Shown here piece after piece: positions 1 to 7,452 of a DNA stretch of 24,000 nucleotides. The stretch comes from Gemmatimonadaceae bacterium (GTDB taxonomy: Bacteria; Gemmatimonadota; Gemmatimonadetes; Gemmatimonadales; Gemmatimonadaceae), in NCBI GenBank assembly GCA_036509075.1, contig DATCGG010000530.1, positions 19,325 to 43,324 on the forward strand, read 5' to 3'. The translations under genes were made by a program, and so were the position numbers. Each line of letters starts with the position of its first letter. Within the stretch, counting starts at the first letter, position 1. The notes under the pieces are model-generated. The model searched no databases, was not told the DNA's origin, and was given only the letters and a program-made list of their open reading frames with translations.

Positions 1-54
1 CGGCACCGACGGACGAGCGTCCTCGTCGACGCCTTCGATGTCGATGACGCTCAT
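1..54 (-). CDS. partial CDS (first 18 codons only), product unknown; possibly the pump component following the adaptor
   Basis: The ATG (54-52) overlaps the TGA stop of the upstream adaptor gene (ATGA at 51-54). The frame stays open to the window edge (MSVIDIEGVDEDARPSVP...). It is too short to assign a family. Confidence 0.25.
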   Translation of the reverse strand, partial: MSVIDIEGVDEDARPSVP

Positions 55-1211
55 GACTTCGCTCCCGCGGCCGACGCCGACGACGAGTCTACTGCTGGCA
101 CCGGTTTCACTACACGCCCCGGCGCGACCTTCTGGATGCCGTCGACGACGACTCGATCGCCAGCCGTTAGGCCCGACTCGATGATCCAGAGATTTCCACT
201 CCACTGCCCCGTGTTCACGTCGCGGGCAGTGACCGTATCTCCGACGCCGACCACATACACAAACTGGCGTCCAAGCCCCTGCTGCACGGCACGCTGCGGC
301 ACCGCAACCGCATTCGAGCGTTGGAACCCTTCCAGTCGCACACGCACGAACTGACCCGGCAGGAGGCGTCGATCGGCGTTCGTGAACTGCGCGCGAAACT
401 CCTGTGTTCCACTGGCCGAGTCGAGCGACGGAGCCATGAAGTTGATGCGACCGATGCGCGGGAGCTCCGAACCGTCCGGCAGCACGAGCCGGACTGCGGC
501 ACCGCTCGTGCCGCCTTCGCCGCTGCTCACACTCCTTGCCCCCGCCGCCAGCAGCGCGCGCGACTGCGGATCCTGCTGCCACGCGAGCAGCTGCTGCGAC
601 GACGGGTGAAAGGTGACGTACACGGGATTCAGCTCATCGATCGTCGTGAGCAGCTCGTTCGGACCCGTGACTCGCGCACCGAGCTCGAGACGTGAGCGAC
701 CTGCTTGTCCGGCGATCTCGGCGCGAATGACGGTGTCGTCGAGATCATGCTTCGCGGCATCCGCGGCCGCCTGCGCCGCCTCGACCTCCGATCGCGCGTT
801 GTCGACATCCTGCTGCGCGACGGCGCGGCGCGGGATGAGCGGCTCGAGCCGCGCGACGGTGCGCTTCGCATTCTCCAGCCGAGCGGCGGCACTGCGATAG
901 GCGGCTTCGTATCGCACGACGTCGAGGCGGTAGAGAACCTGGCCTTTCGCGACGAACGCCCCTTCAGTGAATGGGCGCTCGGTGATGATGCCTTCGACGC
1001 GCGACCGAACTTCGACGCGTCGGAACGGCGACACCTGGCCGACGAACTCGTACGCTTCGGGGATCGTCGCGGGCGCAACGGTCACGATGCCGACTTGCGC
1101 CGGCGGCGGAACGAACGCCTTCGCGGGAGCCTTCTCGCAGGCGGTCGTTGCCGTGAACAGCGTAATCAGCGCGAGCGCGAACGCGCTGCGGCGCGTGGGC
1201 GTGCTGGGCAT
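51..1211 (-). CDS. efflux transporter periplasmic adaptor (membrane fusion protein, AcrA/MexA-like), lipoprotein
   Basis: 386-aa ORF with a lipoprotein-type signal ending in Cys (LITLFTATTAC). It has an alpha-hairpin region (RYEAAYRSAAARLENAKR ... EVEAAQAAADAAKHDL) flanked by barrel-sandwich/beta-barrel segments typical of MFPs. GC3 is high. Confidence 0.85.
   Translation of the reverse strand: MPSTPTRRSAFALALITLFTATTACEKAPAKAFVPPPAQVGIVTVAPATIPEAYEFVGQVSPFRRVEVRSRVEGIITERPFTEGAFVAKGQVLYRLDVVRYEAAYRSAAARLENAKRTVARLEPLIPRRAVAQQDVDNARSEVEAAQAAADAAKHDLDDTVIRAEIAGQAGRSRLELGARVTGPNELLTTIDELNPVYVTFHPSSQQLLAWQQDPQSRALLAAGARSVSSGEGGTSGAAVRLVLPDGSELPRIGRINFMAPSLDSASGTQEFRAQFTNADRRLLPGQFVRVRLEGFQRSNAVAVPQRAVQQGLGRQFVYVVGVGDTVTARDVNTGQWSGNLWIIESGLTAGDRVVVDGIQKVAPGRVVKPVPAVDSSSASAAGAKS
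165..172 (+). repeat. dispersed 8-mer CGTTAGGC
   Basis: Exact match inside the adaptor CDS. The sense strand reads GGC CTA ACG (G-L-T). Confidence 0.9.
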
Positions 1212-1385
1212 GCAGTGGGAGGCCGATGAACGGCAAGGATGAGTCGATCGACTGCGGGTGTTCCGAAATGTGACCGGGCCGGCACGGTGGGAGGAAGATC
1301 CTTACCGTTGTTTAACACGTTGGCGCCCGGTCGGCTCGATGCCGGCGCCTCGTCACGACGACCCGGTTGTCCGACTATCGCACCG

Positions 1386-1393
1386 CGTTAGGC
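1386..1393 (+). repeat. dispersed 8-mer CGTTAGGC
   Basis: Exact match. Its TAA (sense GCC TAA CGC) is the pepT stop codon. Confidence 0.9.
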
Positions 1394-2680
1394 TCGGGTC
1401 GTGCTGCTCCACAGTTGAGCCAACTCGACGCACATCTCCGTCGCCTGGGCCATGTCCTGTACGCTGACCCACTCGTGCGGCCCATGAATGTTCTGCATCC
1501 CGGTAAACAGATTGGGTGTCGGTAGCCCCATCTCGGTCAAGCGGGACCCGTCCGTCCCCCCGCGCGTGGGCGTGGACCGCGGCTCGAGCCCCACCCGGCG
1601 GCACGCCTCGCGCGCCAGCTCCACCGGCCGCATGTCCTTCTCGAGCCAGTAGCGCATGTTCCGATACTGCGGCGTGATCGTGCAGGCGATGCGCGCACGC
1701 GGCTCCGTGGCCTGCACGGTCGCGCAGACCTGTTCTACCAGCTCGCCATGCGCTCGCAGCCCATCGAGCTCGAAATCTCGCAGGATGAAATGCAGCACGG
1801 CCTCCGACGAGGTACCGCTCATCTGGTAGACGTGGATGAATCCGGCGCGGCCCTCCGTCGTTTCCGGCGTCCGCGTGACGTGAGGCAGGAGTTCGATGAT
1901 CTTCGCGGCGAGATGCAGCGCGTTGACCAACGTGTCCTTCGCGTGGCCGGGGTGGATCGACACACCTGTAACGCGCACCTCGGCTTTGTCGGCAGAGAAG
2001 GTCTCGTAGACGATCTCGCCGAGCTCGGCGCCGTCGAGCGTATAGGCGGCCATGGCCTCCAGATCGCCCGGAAGACGTGGATCAACCCCTCGGCCGACTT
2101 CCTCGTCCGGAGTGAAGCAGATCCGGATAGGTCCGTGCGGCAGGTCGGGGTTGCTCAGCAGGTGCCTGGCCATGGCCATGACGATCGCAACGCCTGCCTT
2201 GTCGTCGGCACCGAGCAGCGTGCTGCCACTCGCCGTGATGATGTCGTCTCCGATCTTCTCTGCCAGGTAGGGAAACCGGTCGGGTGAGAGCCGAACGTCC
2301 GGCGCGTCCGGCAGAACGATCTCGCCGCCATCGTAGCGATGGTGCACGATCGGCTTCACGCCGGTCGCGTTGAACTGGGGCGCTGTGTCCACGTGCGCCA
2401 GAAAGGCGATCGTGGGCACCGGCCTCGAGGTTGTCGCCGGGATCGTGGCAAGCACGGCGGCATAGTCTGTCAACCGAACGTCCTGCGCACCGATCGCCGT
2501 GAGCTCCGCCTGCAGCAATTTGAGCAGGTCGAACTGCCGTGCCGTGCTCGGCGTCGCAGTCGAGGCTTCGTCGCTCTGGGTGTCGACGCGGACGTAGCGG
2601 ACGAGTCGCTCCTCGAGCTCCGCATCGAATGTGGTCGTTCGCGCTGCGTCAGCTGCCGGCGACTCGGCCCGTGTGCCCAT
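1388..2680 (-). CDS. pepT: peptidase T (tripeptide aminopeptidase, M20B family)
   Basis: M20B-type motifs are present: AHVDTAPQFNATGVKP, GADDKAGVAIVMA, FTPDEEVG. The ATG at 2680 gives 430 aa and has AAGGAG 11 nt upstream. The ORF-track extension to 2797 adds a non-homologous leader. Confidence 0.85.
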   Translation of the reverse strand: MGTRAESPAADAARTTTFDAELEERLVRYVRVDTQSDEASTATPSTARQFDLLKLLQAELTAIGAQDVRLTDYAAVLATIPATTSRPVPTIAFLAHVDTAPQFNATGVKPIVHHRYDGGEIVLPDAPDVRLSPDRFPYLAEKIGDDIITASGSTLLGADDKAGVAIVMAMARHLLSNPDLPHGPIRICFTPDEEVGRGVDPRLPGDLEAMAAYTLDGAELGEIVYETFSADKAEVRVTGVSIHPGHAKDTLVNALHLAAKIIELLPHVTRTPETTEGRAGFIHVYQMSGTSSEAVLHFILRDFELDGLRAHGELVEQVCATVQATEPRARIACTITPQYRNMRYWLEKDMRPVELAREACRRVGLEPRSTPTRGGTDGSRLTEMGLPTPNLFTGMQNIHGPHEWVSVQDMAQATEMCVELAQLWSSTTRA

Positions 2681-2700
2681 ACGGTTCAATTCTCCTTCGT

Positions 2701-3456
2701 TCAGGGTCGGCCCAGGGAGCCGAAGAGAATGTGCGCGAATGGAACGAATCCGGCGCGTTGAAGCGTTCTGCGCGATGGCTCGTTCGTCGTGCTGCATCGC
2801 GCGGAGGGAATAGCTCCCAATTCATAGCACAGCCGCTTGAGCTCCTGCACGAGATATGTCCCGATACCTCGTCGACGAAACGGCTCATCTACATTCATGT
2901 AGATGTCGCTGTAGGGACGGTTGTAATGAAACAGCATCCCGCCGCGCGCGACGACCGCCCCATCGATCTCGACAACCCATTCCCCACCGCCCTGCCGTTC
3001 TTCGATGGCCGTCCGGATCGCGTCCGGAGGCGTGACACACCGCAGCGTGGCGCCAGTTACGGTGTGCATCGTCGTCGCGGCGTCCCTGAAAACGATCCGC
3101 TCTGTGCCGATGTCCTGCGCCCGCGTGAGGCACATCATCGTCGACAGTGTATCGCTGGTCTGAACCTCGAACGCTTGCGGATTGCTCGCATCGAGAAACG
3201 CGTCGAAGAGCTCGAACGCGCGCAGGCGAAACGCCGGCTCGAGATAGAACTCGTACACCGTCGCCCTATCGCGCCACGGGCCGGCCACCGCGACGGACCC
3301 ATAGCCGATCGCCCTGTCGTCGTGGGTAATCGCATACTCGAGCGTCCAGCCGAGCCGGGCGTGGATGGAATCGTGGACGATCTGCCCATCCATCTCCCGA
3401 CGAAAAACGTCTCGTAGTGACTCGATCTCGGCGTGCTCTGCTCGCCGCACCTGCAT
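2701..3456 (-). CDS. GNAT family N-acetyltransferase (two GNAT-like halves)
   Basis: 251 aa. The C-terminal half carries the acetyl-CoA binding motif RRRGIGTYLVQELKRL followed by the N..S..L..AGF pattern typical of GNATs. Confidence 0.75.
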   Translation of the reverse strand: MQVRRAEHAEIESLRDVFRREMDGQIVHDSIHARLGWTLEYAITHDDRAIGYGSVAVAGPWRDRATVYEFYLEPAFRLRAFELFDAFLDASNPQAFEVQTSDTLSTMMCLTRAQDIGTERIVFRDAATTMHTVTGATLRCVTPPDAIRTAIEERQGGGEWVVEIDGAVVARGGMLFHYNRPYSDIYMNVDEPFRRRGIGTYLVQELKRLCYELGAIPSARCSTTNEPSRRTLQRAGFVPFAHILFGSLGRP

Positions 3457-3470
3457 GTGGTTCGCGGTTG

Positions 3471-3478
3471 GCCTAACG
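3471..3478 (-). repeat. dispersed 8-mer CGTTAGGC (GCCTAACG on + strand)
   Basis: Exact match. Its TAG (sense CGT TAG GC) is the hydrolase stop codon. Confidence 0.9.
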
Positions 3479-4513
3479 ACTCGACGGCGCTGGCACCGCG
3501 GCCGTGCTGGTCACCGAGCCAGTCCGCACTGCGCCGACCACTTCAAGCACTGCCTTGATCACGACATCCGGTCGGTCCAGCTGGATGTAATGCGTTGCGT
3601 CGGACACGAGCTCGTGGCGGCTGTGCGTCGACCACGTGGCTTCGTCATCGTGCAATGCCTTCCAGGCGACTTGCATGCGGTCGCCCTGATCACGCGTCAG
3701 GCCCGCGCTCTTGAGGACGGTGTCCGACATCGGAGCCATTGCCGTCAGCACCACTAACGGACGGTCTCCGAGCTGGCGATACTGCCCGGCCGTTTGGAGC
3801 GTCGCGGCAAGCCCTTTCAACTCGTCCAGCGTTGGCCCGAGCGACGTCGACGTGTACGCTCCCGCCGCACGGATCGCGCCCGGAGGCAGCTTGGGCGATG
3901 CGCCGTCGGGAACCAGTCGGATGATGCCCGTCCACGAGAGTGCAGCCACGGCGGACAACATGCCCGTCGGCGGTTGCATGGAATTTCCCGTAGCCTTCCG
4001 TAGCCGTTCGAGCTGGTCCGGATGCGACGCATCTACGAATACCAGCCCTGCCACTTCGGATGGGTAGAGGCCTGTGAAGAGCAAGGCATACGGGCCTCCC
4101 AGCGAATGCCCGGCGACCACGTACGGCGCGTGCTCACCGGCCTTGATGAGCGCTATGTGCAGGTCCTCGCTTACGCGCTTGCTGTCGAACGCGCCCGGGT
4201 CGGCATCACTCCACATGATCCCCGCGCGGCTGTAGGCGCACGTGCGGGTCGTGGTCGCGATCGAGTCATGCACGAGCGCCCAGCTCAGTGATCCGAGGTT
4301 GTCGAGACCCGACTCGAGGATGACGGTCGGAGATCCAGCGCCTCGGCAATCCAGCTGGATGTGTCGCCCCCCAATGTCCACGAGCCGTCCCGGCGCCGGA
4401 TAGTTTCGGGCGGCCCGAGAGCGCATGACCGCTTCGGCGGACGCTCCGAACACGATCGCCAGAACGAGGAGACCTCCGAGGCCGACCGCGATTCGCTTCG
4501 CCCATCGTTTCAT
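3473..4513 (-). CDS. alpha/beta hydrolase, N-terminally membrane-anchored or secreted
   Basis: 346 aa. It has an N-terminal hydrophobic segment (IAVGLGGLLVLAIVFGA), the nucleophile elbow GHSLGG, and downstream D and H candidates (DASHPD, DATHYIQLD). Confidence 0.75.
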   Translation of the reverse strand: MKRWAKRIAVGLGGLLVLAIVFGASAEAVMRSRAARNYPAPGRLVDIGGRHIQLDCRGAGSPTVILESGLDNLGSLSWALVHDSIATTTRTCAYSRAGIMWSDADPGAFDSKRVSEDLHIALIKAGEHAPYVVAGHSLGGPYALLFTGLYPSEVAGLVFVDASHPDQLERLRKATGNSMQPPTGMLSAVAALSWTGIIRLVPDGASPKLPPGAIRAAGAYTSTSLGPTLDELKGLAATLQTAGQYRQLGDRPLVVLTAMAPMSDTVLKSAGLTRDQGDRMQVAWKALHDDEATWSTHSRHELVSDATHYIQLDRPDVVIKAVLEVVGAVRTGSVTSTAAVPAPSSR

Positions 4514-4554
4514 CCAATACTCCTCGATGTGGTTAGAGACGCGAGCGCTGAACG

Positions 4555-5790
4555 TTACACGAGCCTCTTCGTCGTAGCGAGGCAGCGCTCGATGTCATCC
4601 ACGTTGTTGAACAGCGCGGGTGAGACGCGAACCGTTCCGTCACGAACCGTTACCTCGATATTGGCGGACTGAAACGCCGCCCGAACGTCGCTCGGTTGCT
4701 TCGCGGTATAGAACGTCACGATCGACGAGCGGTTTCCGTGAGGCGTGAACAGCCGGTGCCCCTGTTTCTCCAGCCCGTCCTGAAGCCGCCGGGCGAGGTT
4801 GTCCACCGTGTGCGCCTCGATGCGATTGACACCGACTTTCTCGAGATAGGAGAGCCCGGCGCTGAGGGTGTACACGTCGCCGAACGAACGACTCGAGTAG
4901 TCGAACCGCTTCGCGTTCGTCGCGATCTCGTAGCTGTGATCCGGCAACTCCTTGCCAGCATGCATCTCACCGAAGCGATCGAGCCGAAGGCGATCGGCGA
5001 TCGCCGTGCGAACATACAGGGGAGCCACGCCCCAACCAGCGAGAAGCCATTTGTAGGAACCGGCGCACAGGACGTCGACTCCGGCGGCAACGACGTCGAT
5101 CGGAAACATGCCCACCGCTTGAATCGCGTCGGTGTAGAACAGTGCGCCCTTCGCATGGGCGACGTCGGCGATCGGCCGCATGTCGTGCCGGAGCCCGTTC
5201 TGATGCGAGACCCACGCGACGGACACGAGCCGCGTGCGCGTGTCGACGAGCGGCTCGAAATCGCTCGCGTCGACGAGGCCGTTGCGGTGCTTCGCGATGC
5301 GAAGCTCGACACCGTTCAGCTTTTCGAGCTGGCGATACAGCACGAACTCCGTGTTGTAGTGCAGCTCGTCGATGACGACATTGTCGCCCGCCTTGAGCCC
5401 CAGTCCGGCCGCGACGACGTTCTCGCCCTCAGCGGTAGAGAACAGAAGTCCGATCTCATCGGGGGACGCCGCGCCGATCAGCCGGGCGAACTGCACGCGC
5501 ACCTCGTCGCATTTCTTGAGCAGCGGCCCGAGTTGGAACGAGCGCCTCGCCTTCTCCTCGAGGAACGCGTGGCCAGCGCTCACCACCTGCATTGGGATCG
5601 GCGCGATGTACGCGGAGTTCAGGAAGGTTCGCTCGTTGACAATGGGAAAATCACCTCGGACTCCGAGCGGGTCGTCGCCGAACGCGACGCGTTCCGGTGG
5701 CATCGCGACCGTCGCCGATGGGCGTACCACCGACGCCGCCGCCATCGAAGCGGCCGCGGCGACAAACGAACGTCGATCCAATGGCGTCAT
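4555..5790 (-). CDS. class V aminotransferase-fold PLP-dependent enzyme with twin-arginine (Tat) signal
   Basis: From the ATG at 5790: MTPLDRRSFVAAAASMAAASVVRP, an RR plus hydrophobic Tat-type leader. The body resembles cysteine desulfurase/epimerase-like class V enzymes (DAIQAVG, GSYKWLLAGWG with candidate PLP lysine). The ORF-track extension to 5982 was rejected. Confidence 0.75.
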   Translation of the reverse strand: MTPLDRRSFVAAAASMAAASVVRPSATVAMPPERVAFGDDPLGVRGDFPIVNERTFLNSAYIAPIPMQVVSAGHAFLEEKARRSFQLGPLLKKCDEVRVQFARLIGAASPDEIGLLFSTAEGENVVAAGLGLKAGDNVVIDELHYNTEFVLYRQLEKLNGVELRIAKHRNGLVDASDFEPLVDTRTRLVSVAWVSHQNGLRHDMRPIADVAHAKGALFYTDAIQAVGMFPIDVVAAGVDVLCAGSYKWLLAGWGVAPLYVRTAIADRLRLDRFGEMHAGKELPDHSYEIATNAKRFDYSSRSFGDVYTLSAGLSYLEKVGVNRIEAHTVDNLARRLQDGLEKQGHRLFTPHGNRSSIVTFYTAKQPSDVRAAFQSANIEVTVRDGTVRVSPALFNNVDDIERCLATTKRLV

Positions 5791-6088
5791 GGTTTCGCGG
5801 GCTGAGCCGCGGGCTTGGGGTTTACATGATGCTGTGACGCGTACACGCGATGGCGCTAGATTGTCGAGAGAGTTCGGCCATCTGCACAAGACGTCGTCGT
5901 GACCAGTCTCAGGAGGGCGCTGTGAGACTCGAAGACCTGCTCCAATCCCACTCGAATCCGGAGGCGCACAAGCCGGATTCATTGCCCGGTCGCATCTTGC
6001 CGCCGGACCCCGCTCCGCCCGCCCGACCGACGATTCCCCCTCCGACCTGCGGCACCCTGCCGCCCACGGTCTCGTCCGTCATCGATTT

Positions 6089-6095
6089 GTTAGGC
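6089..6095 (+). repeat. dispersed motif, 7-mer core GTTAGGC (5' flank T)
   Basis: Core match in the divergent intergenic region upstream of the ECF sigma gene. Confidence 0.8.
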
Positions 6096-6202
6096 GGGCT
6101 GGGAAAGTTCGGCCGCTGAGGAGAAGGTAATCCGCGCGGCCCTCGCTCTGCCGTCGCGGGGGCTCGCCGAGTGAGAATCGCCACGCCGTCGTCGCATCTC
6201 AT

Positions 6203-6832
6203 GTGACGATGGACCGATTCCACGCCTTTTCCCGCGCATGCCTGGTTGCCGGCCTCGGCTACAGTCGTAGCTTGGAGGGCATGCCCCGGTCGCCCGATGC
6301 GGTGTCGCGCACGCTCGAGTCGCTGCTCCAGCGGTACCGCGAGTCGGTGCTGCGCATCGGACGTCGGCACGGACTGTCGGATCACCTGCTCGACGAAGCC
6401 GTCCAGGAGCTGCGGATCCGGCTCTGGCGTGCATTCCCGGGAAGCGACCAACTCGCCGCCGTCAGTCCCGGATATCTCTACCGCGCCGCTGTGACCGCCT
6501 CGCTGATGGTGATCCGTCGCCGTCGCGCGAAGCGGGAAAGTGGCGTCGAGATGACACCCCGGTTCGAGGAGATAATCCCCGCGCGCGAGCCTCGTCCCGA
6601 CCAGGCGTTCGACGAGTCCGAGCTCGCCGAGCGCCTGATGCGGGCCGTCGACGAATTGCCTGCCGCACGACAGGCAGTCGTCCGGCTCCACCTCCAGGGC
6701 TACCACCGCGACGAGATCGCGGGGCTCCTTGGGTGGAGTGAGGCAAAGACGCGCAACCTGCTGTATCGAGGGCTCGATGACCTGCGCGCATTGCTCGCGA
6801 AGCGAGGCATCGGGCCGGGAGCGGTCGTATGA
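6203..6832 (+). CDS. ECF-type RNA polymerase sigma factor (sigma-70 family)
   Basis: Region 2 (LLQRYRESVLRIGRRHGLSDHLLDEAVQELRIRLWRAF) and region 4 HTH (LPAARQAVVRLHLQGYHRDEIAGLLGWSEAKTRNLLYRGLDDLRALL) are present. The start is uncertain: GTG at 6203 or ATG at 6281, which would give 183 aa. Confidence 0.85.
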   Translation: MTMDRFHAFSRACLVAGLGYSRSLEGMPRSPDAVSRTLESLLQRYRESVLRIGRRHGLSDHLLDEAVQELRIRLWRAFPGSDQLAAVSPGYLYRAAVTASLMVIRRRRAKRESGVEMTPRFEEIIPAREPRPDQAFDESELAERLMRAVDELPAARQAVVRLHLQGYHRDEIAGLLGWSEAKTRNLLYRGLDDLRALLAKRGIGPGAVV

Positions 6833-7452
6833 ACGAAGAAGATCTGGTCAGGCTCTATCAACGAGGCGCCACACGTCGCGAGGCAACACGCGACGGCTGC
6901 GTGCCCCCGGAGGCGCTGCTCGATGTGGTAGAACGCCGAGGCCCCGAGGCGACGCGACTCCAGAGCGTCAATCACGCGATGGCCTGCGCCGATTGCCGCG
7001 AGGAGCTCGAGCTGCTGCGCGCCACACGCATCGTGCGCGATCGTGCGCGCCTGCCGCGCTTCGGATTCGCCCTCGCGGCATCTCTCGTCTTGGCGGCCGG
7101 CTTGGGGTTCTACGCCTTCGGTCGGCAGCGCGCACCAACCGGCTTGGGCGATGCCGGCGGCGTGACGCGCAGCGGGTCCGACGACGTCCAGCTCGTAACC
7201 ACCGGTGCGGTATCCACCCAGGCGCCGAACCTCGTCTGGCGATCCGCCACCGGCGCCGCGAGCTACGTCGTCGAGCTGCGCCGTGAGGATGGAACGCTGC
7301 TCGCCCGCGGCACGACGGCGGACACCGTGTTCGCGGTCCCGGACAGCGTGCGCGCGGGACCGGACTCGGACGCCTACTGGGCCGTGACCGCCCGGCTCTC
7401 CGATGGCACCTCACTCTCGTCGACCGCCCGGCGCATTCGCCTAACGCCATAG
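6829..7452 (+). CDS. anti-sigma factor, ZAS-type (C-x24-H-x3-C-x2-C), single-pass membrane protein
   Basis: The start overlaps the sigma gene stop (ATGA, 6829-6832). Cys24 (6898-6900) and H49-AMA-C53-AD-C56 (6973-6996) fit the zinc anti-sigma motif. One TM helix (FGFALAASLVLAAGLGFYAF) is followed by a ~100-aa extracytoplasmic domain. Confidence 0.7.
   Translation: MNEEDLVRLYQRGATRREATRDGCVPPEALLDVVERRGPEATRLQSVNHAMACADCREELELLRATRIVRDRARLPRFGFALAASLVLAAGLGFYAFGRQRAPTGLGDAGGVTRSGSDDVQLVTTGAVSTQAPNLVWRSATGAASYVVELRREDGTLLARGTTADTVFAVPDSVRAGPDSDAYWAVTARLSDGTSLSSTARRIRLTP

Noticed and set aside
2681-2797. N-terminal extensions of ORF-track entries: pepT to 2797, PLP enzyme to 5982, DUF418 to 13915, kinase to 15573, activator to 16768, TolB-like to 18773, 118-aa ORF to 19397, 153-aa ORF to 20048, FAD oxidase to 22992.
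   Set aside because: The extensions overlap neighbouring genes or consist of Arg-rich non-homologous sequence. Internal ATGs give family-typical lengths, signal peptides right at the N-terminus, RBS-like sequences, or start/stop coupling with the upstream gene.
4696-5805. 369-aa + strand ORF, together with other long antisense ORFs: 5909-6706(-), 12374-13243(+), 14657-15634(+), 15848-16825(+), 17502-18611(+), 19164-20192(+) and 7704-8636(+).
   Set aside because: Each lies antisense to, or out of frame with, a gene that has clear family motifs. The translations are Arg/Ala/Pro/Gly-rich low-complexity strings with no recognisable domains. This is the usual stop-codon-poor artefact of very GC-rich DNA.
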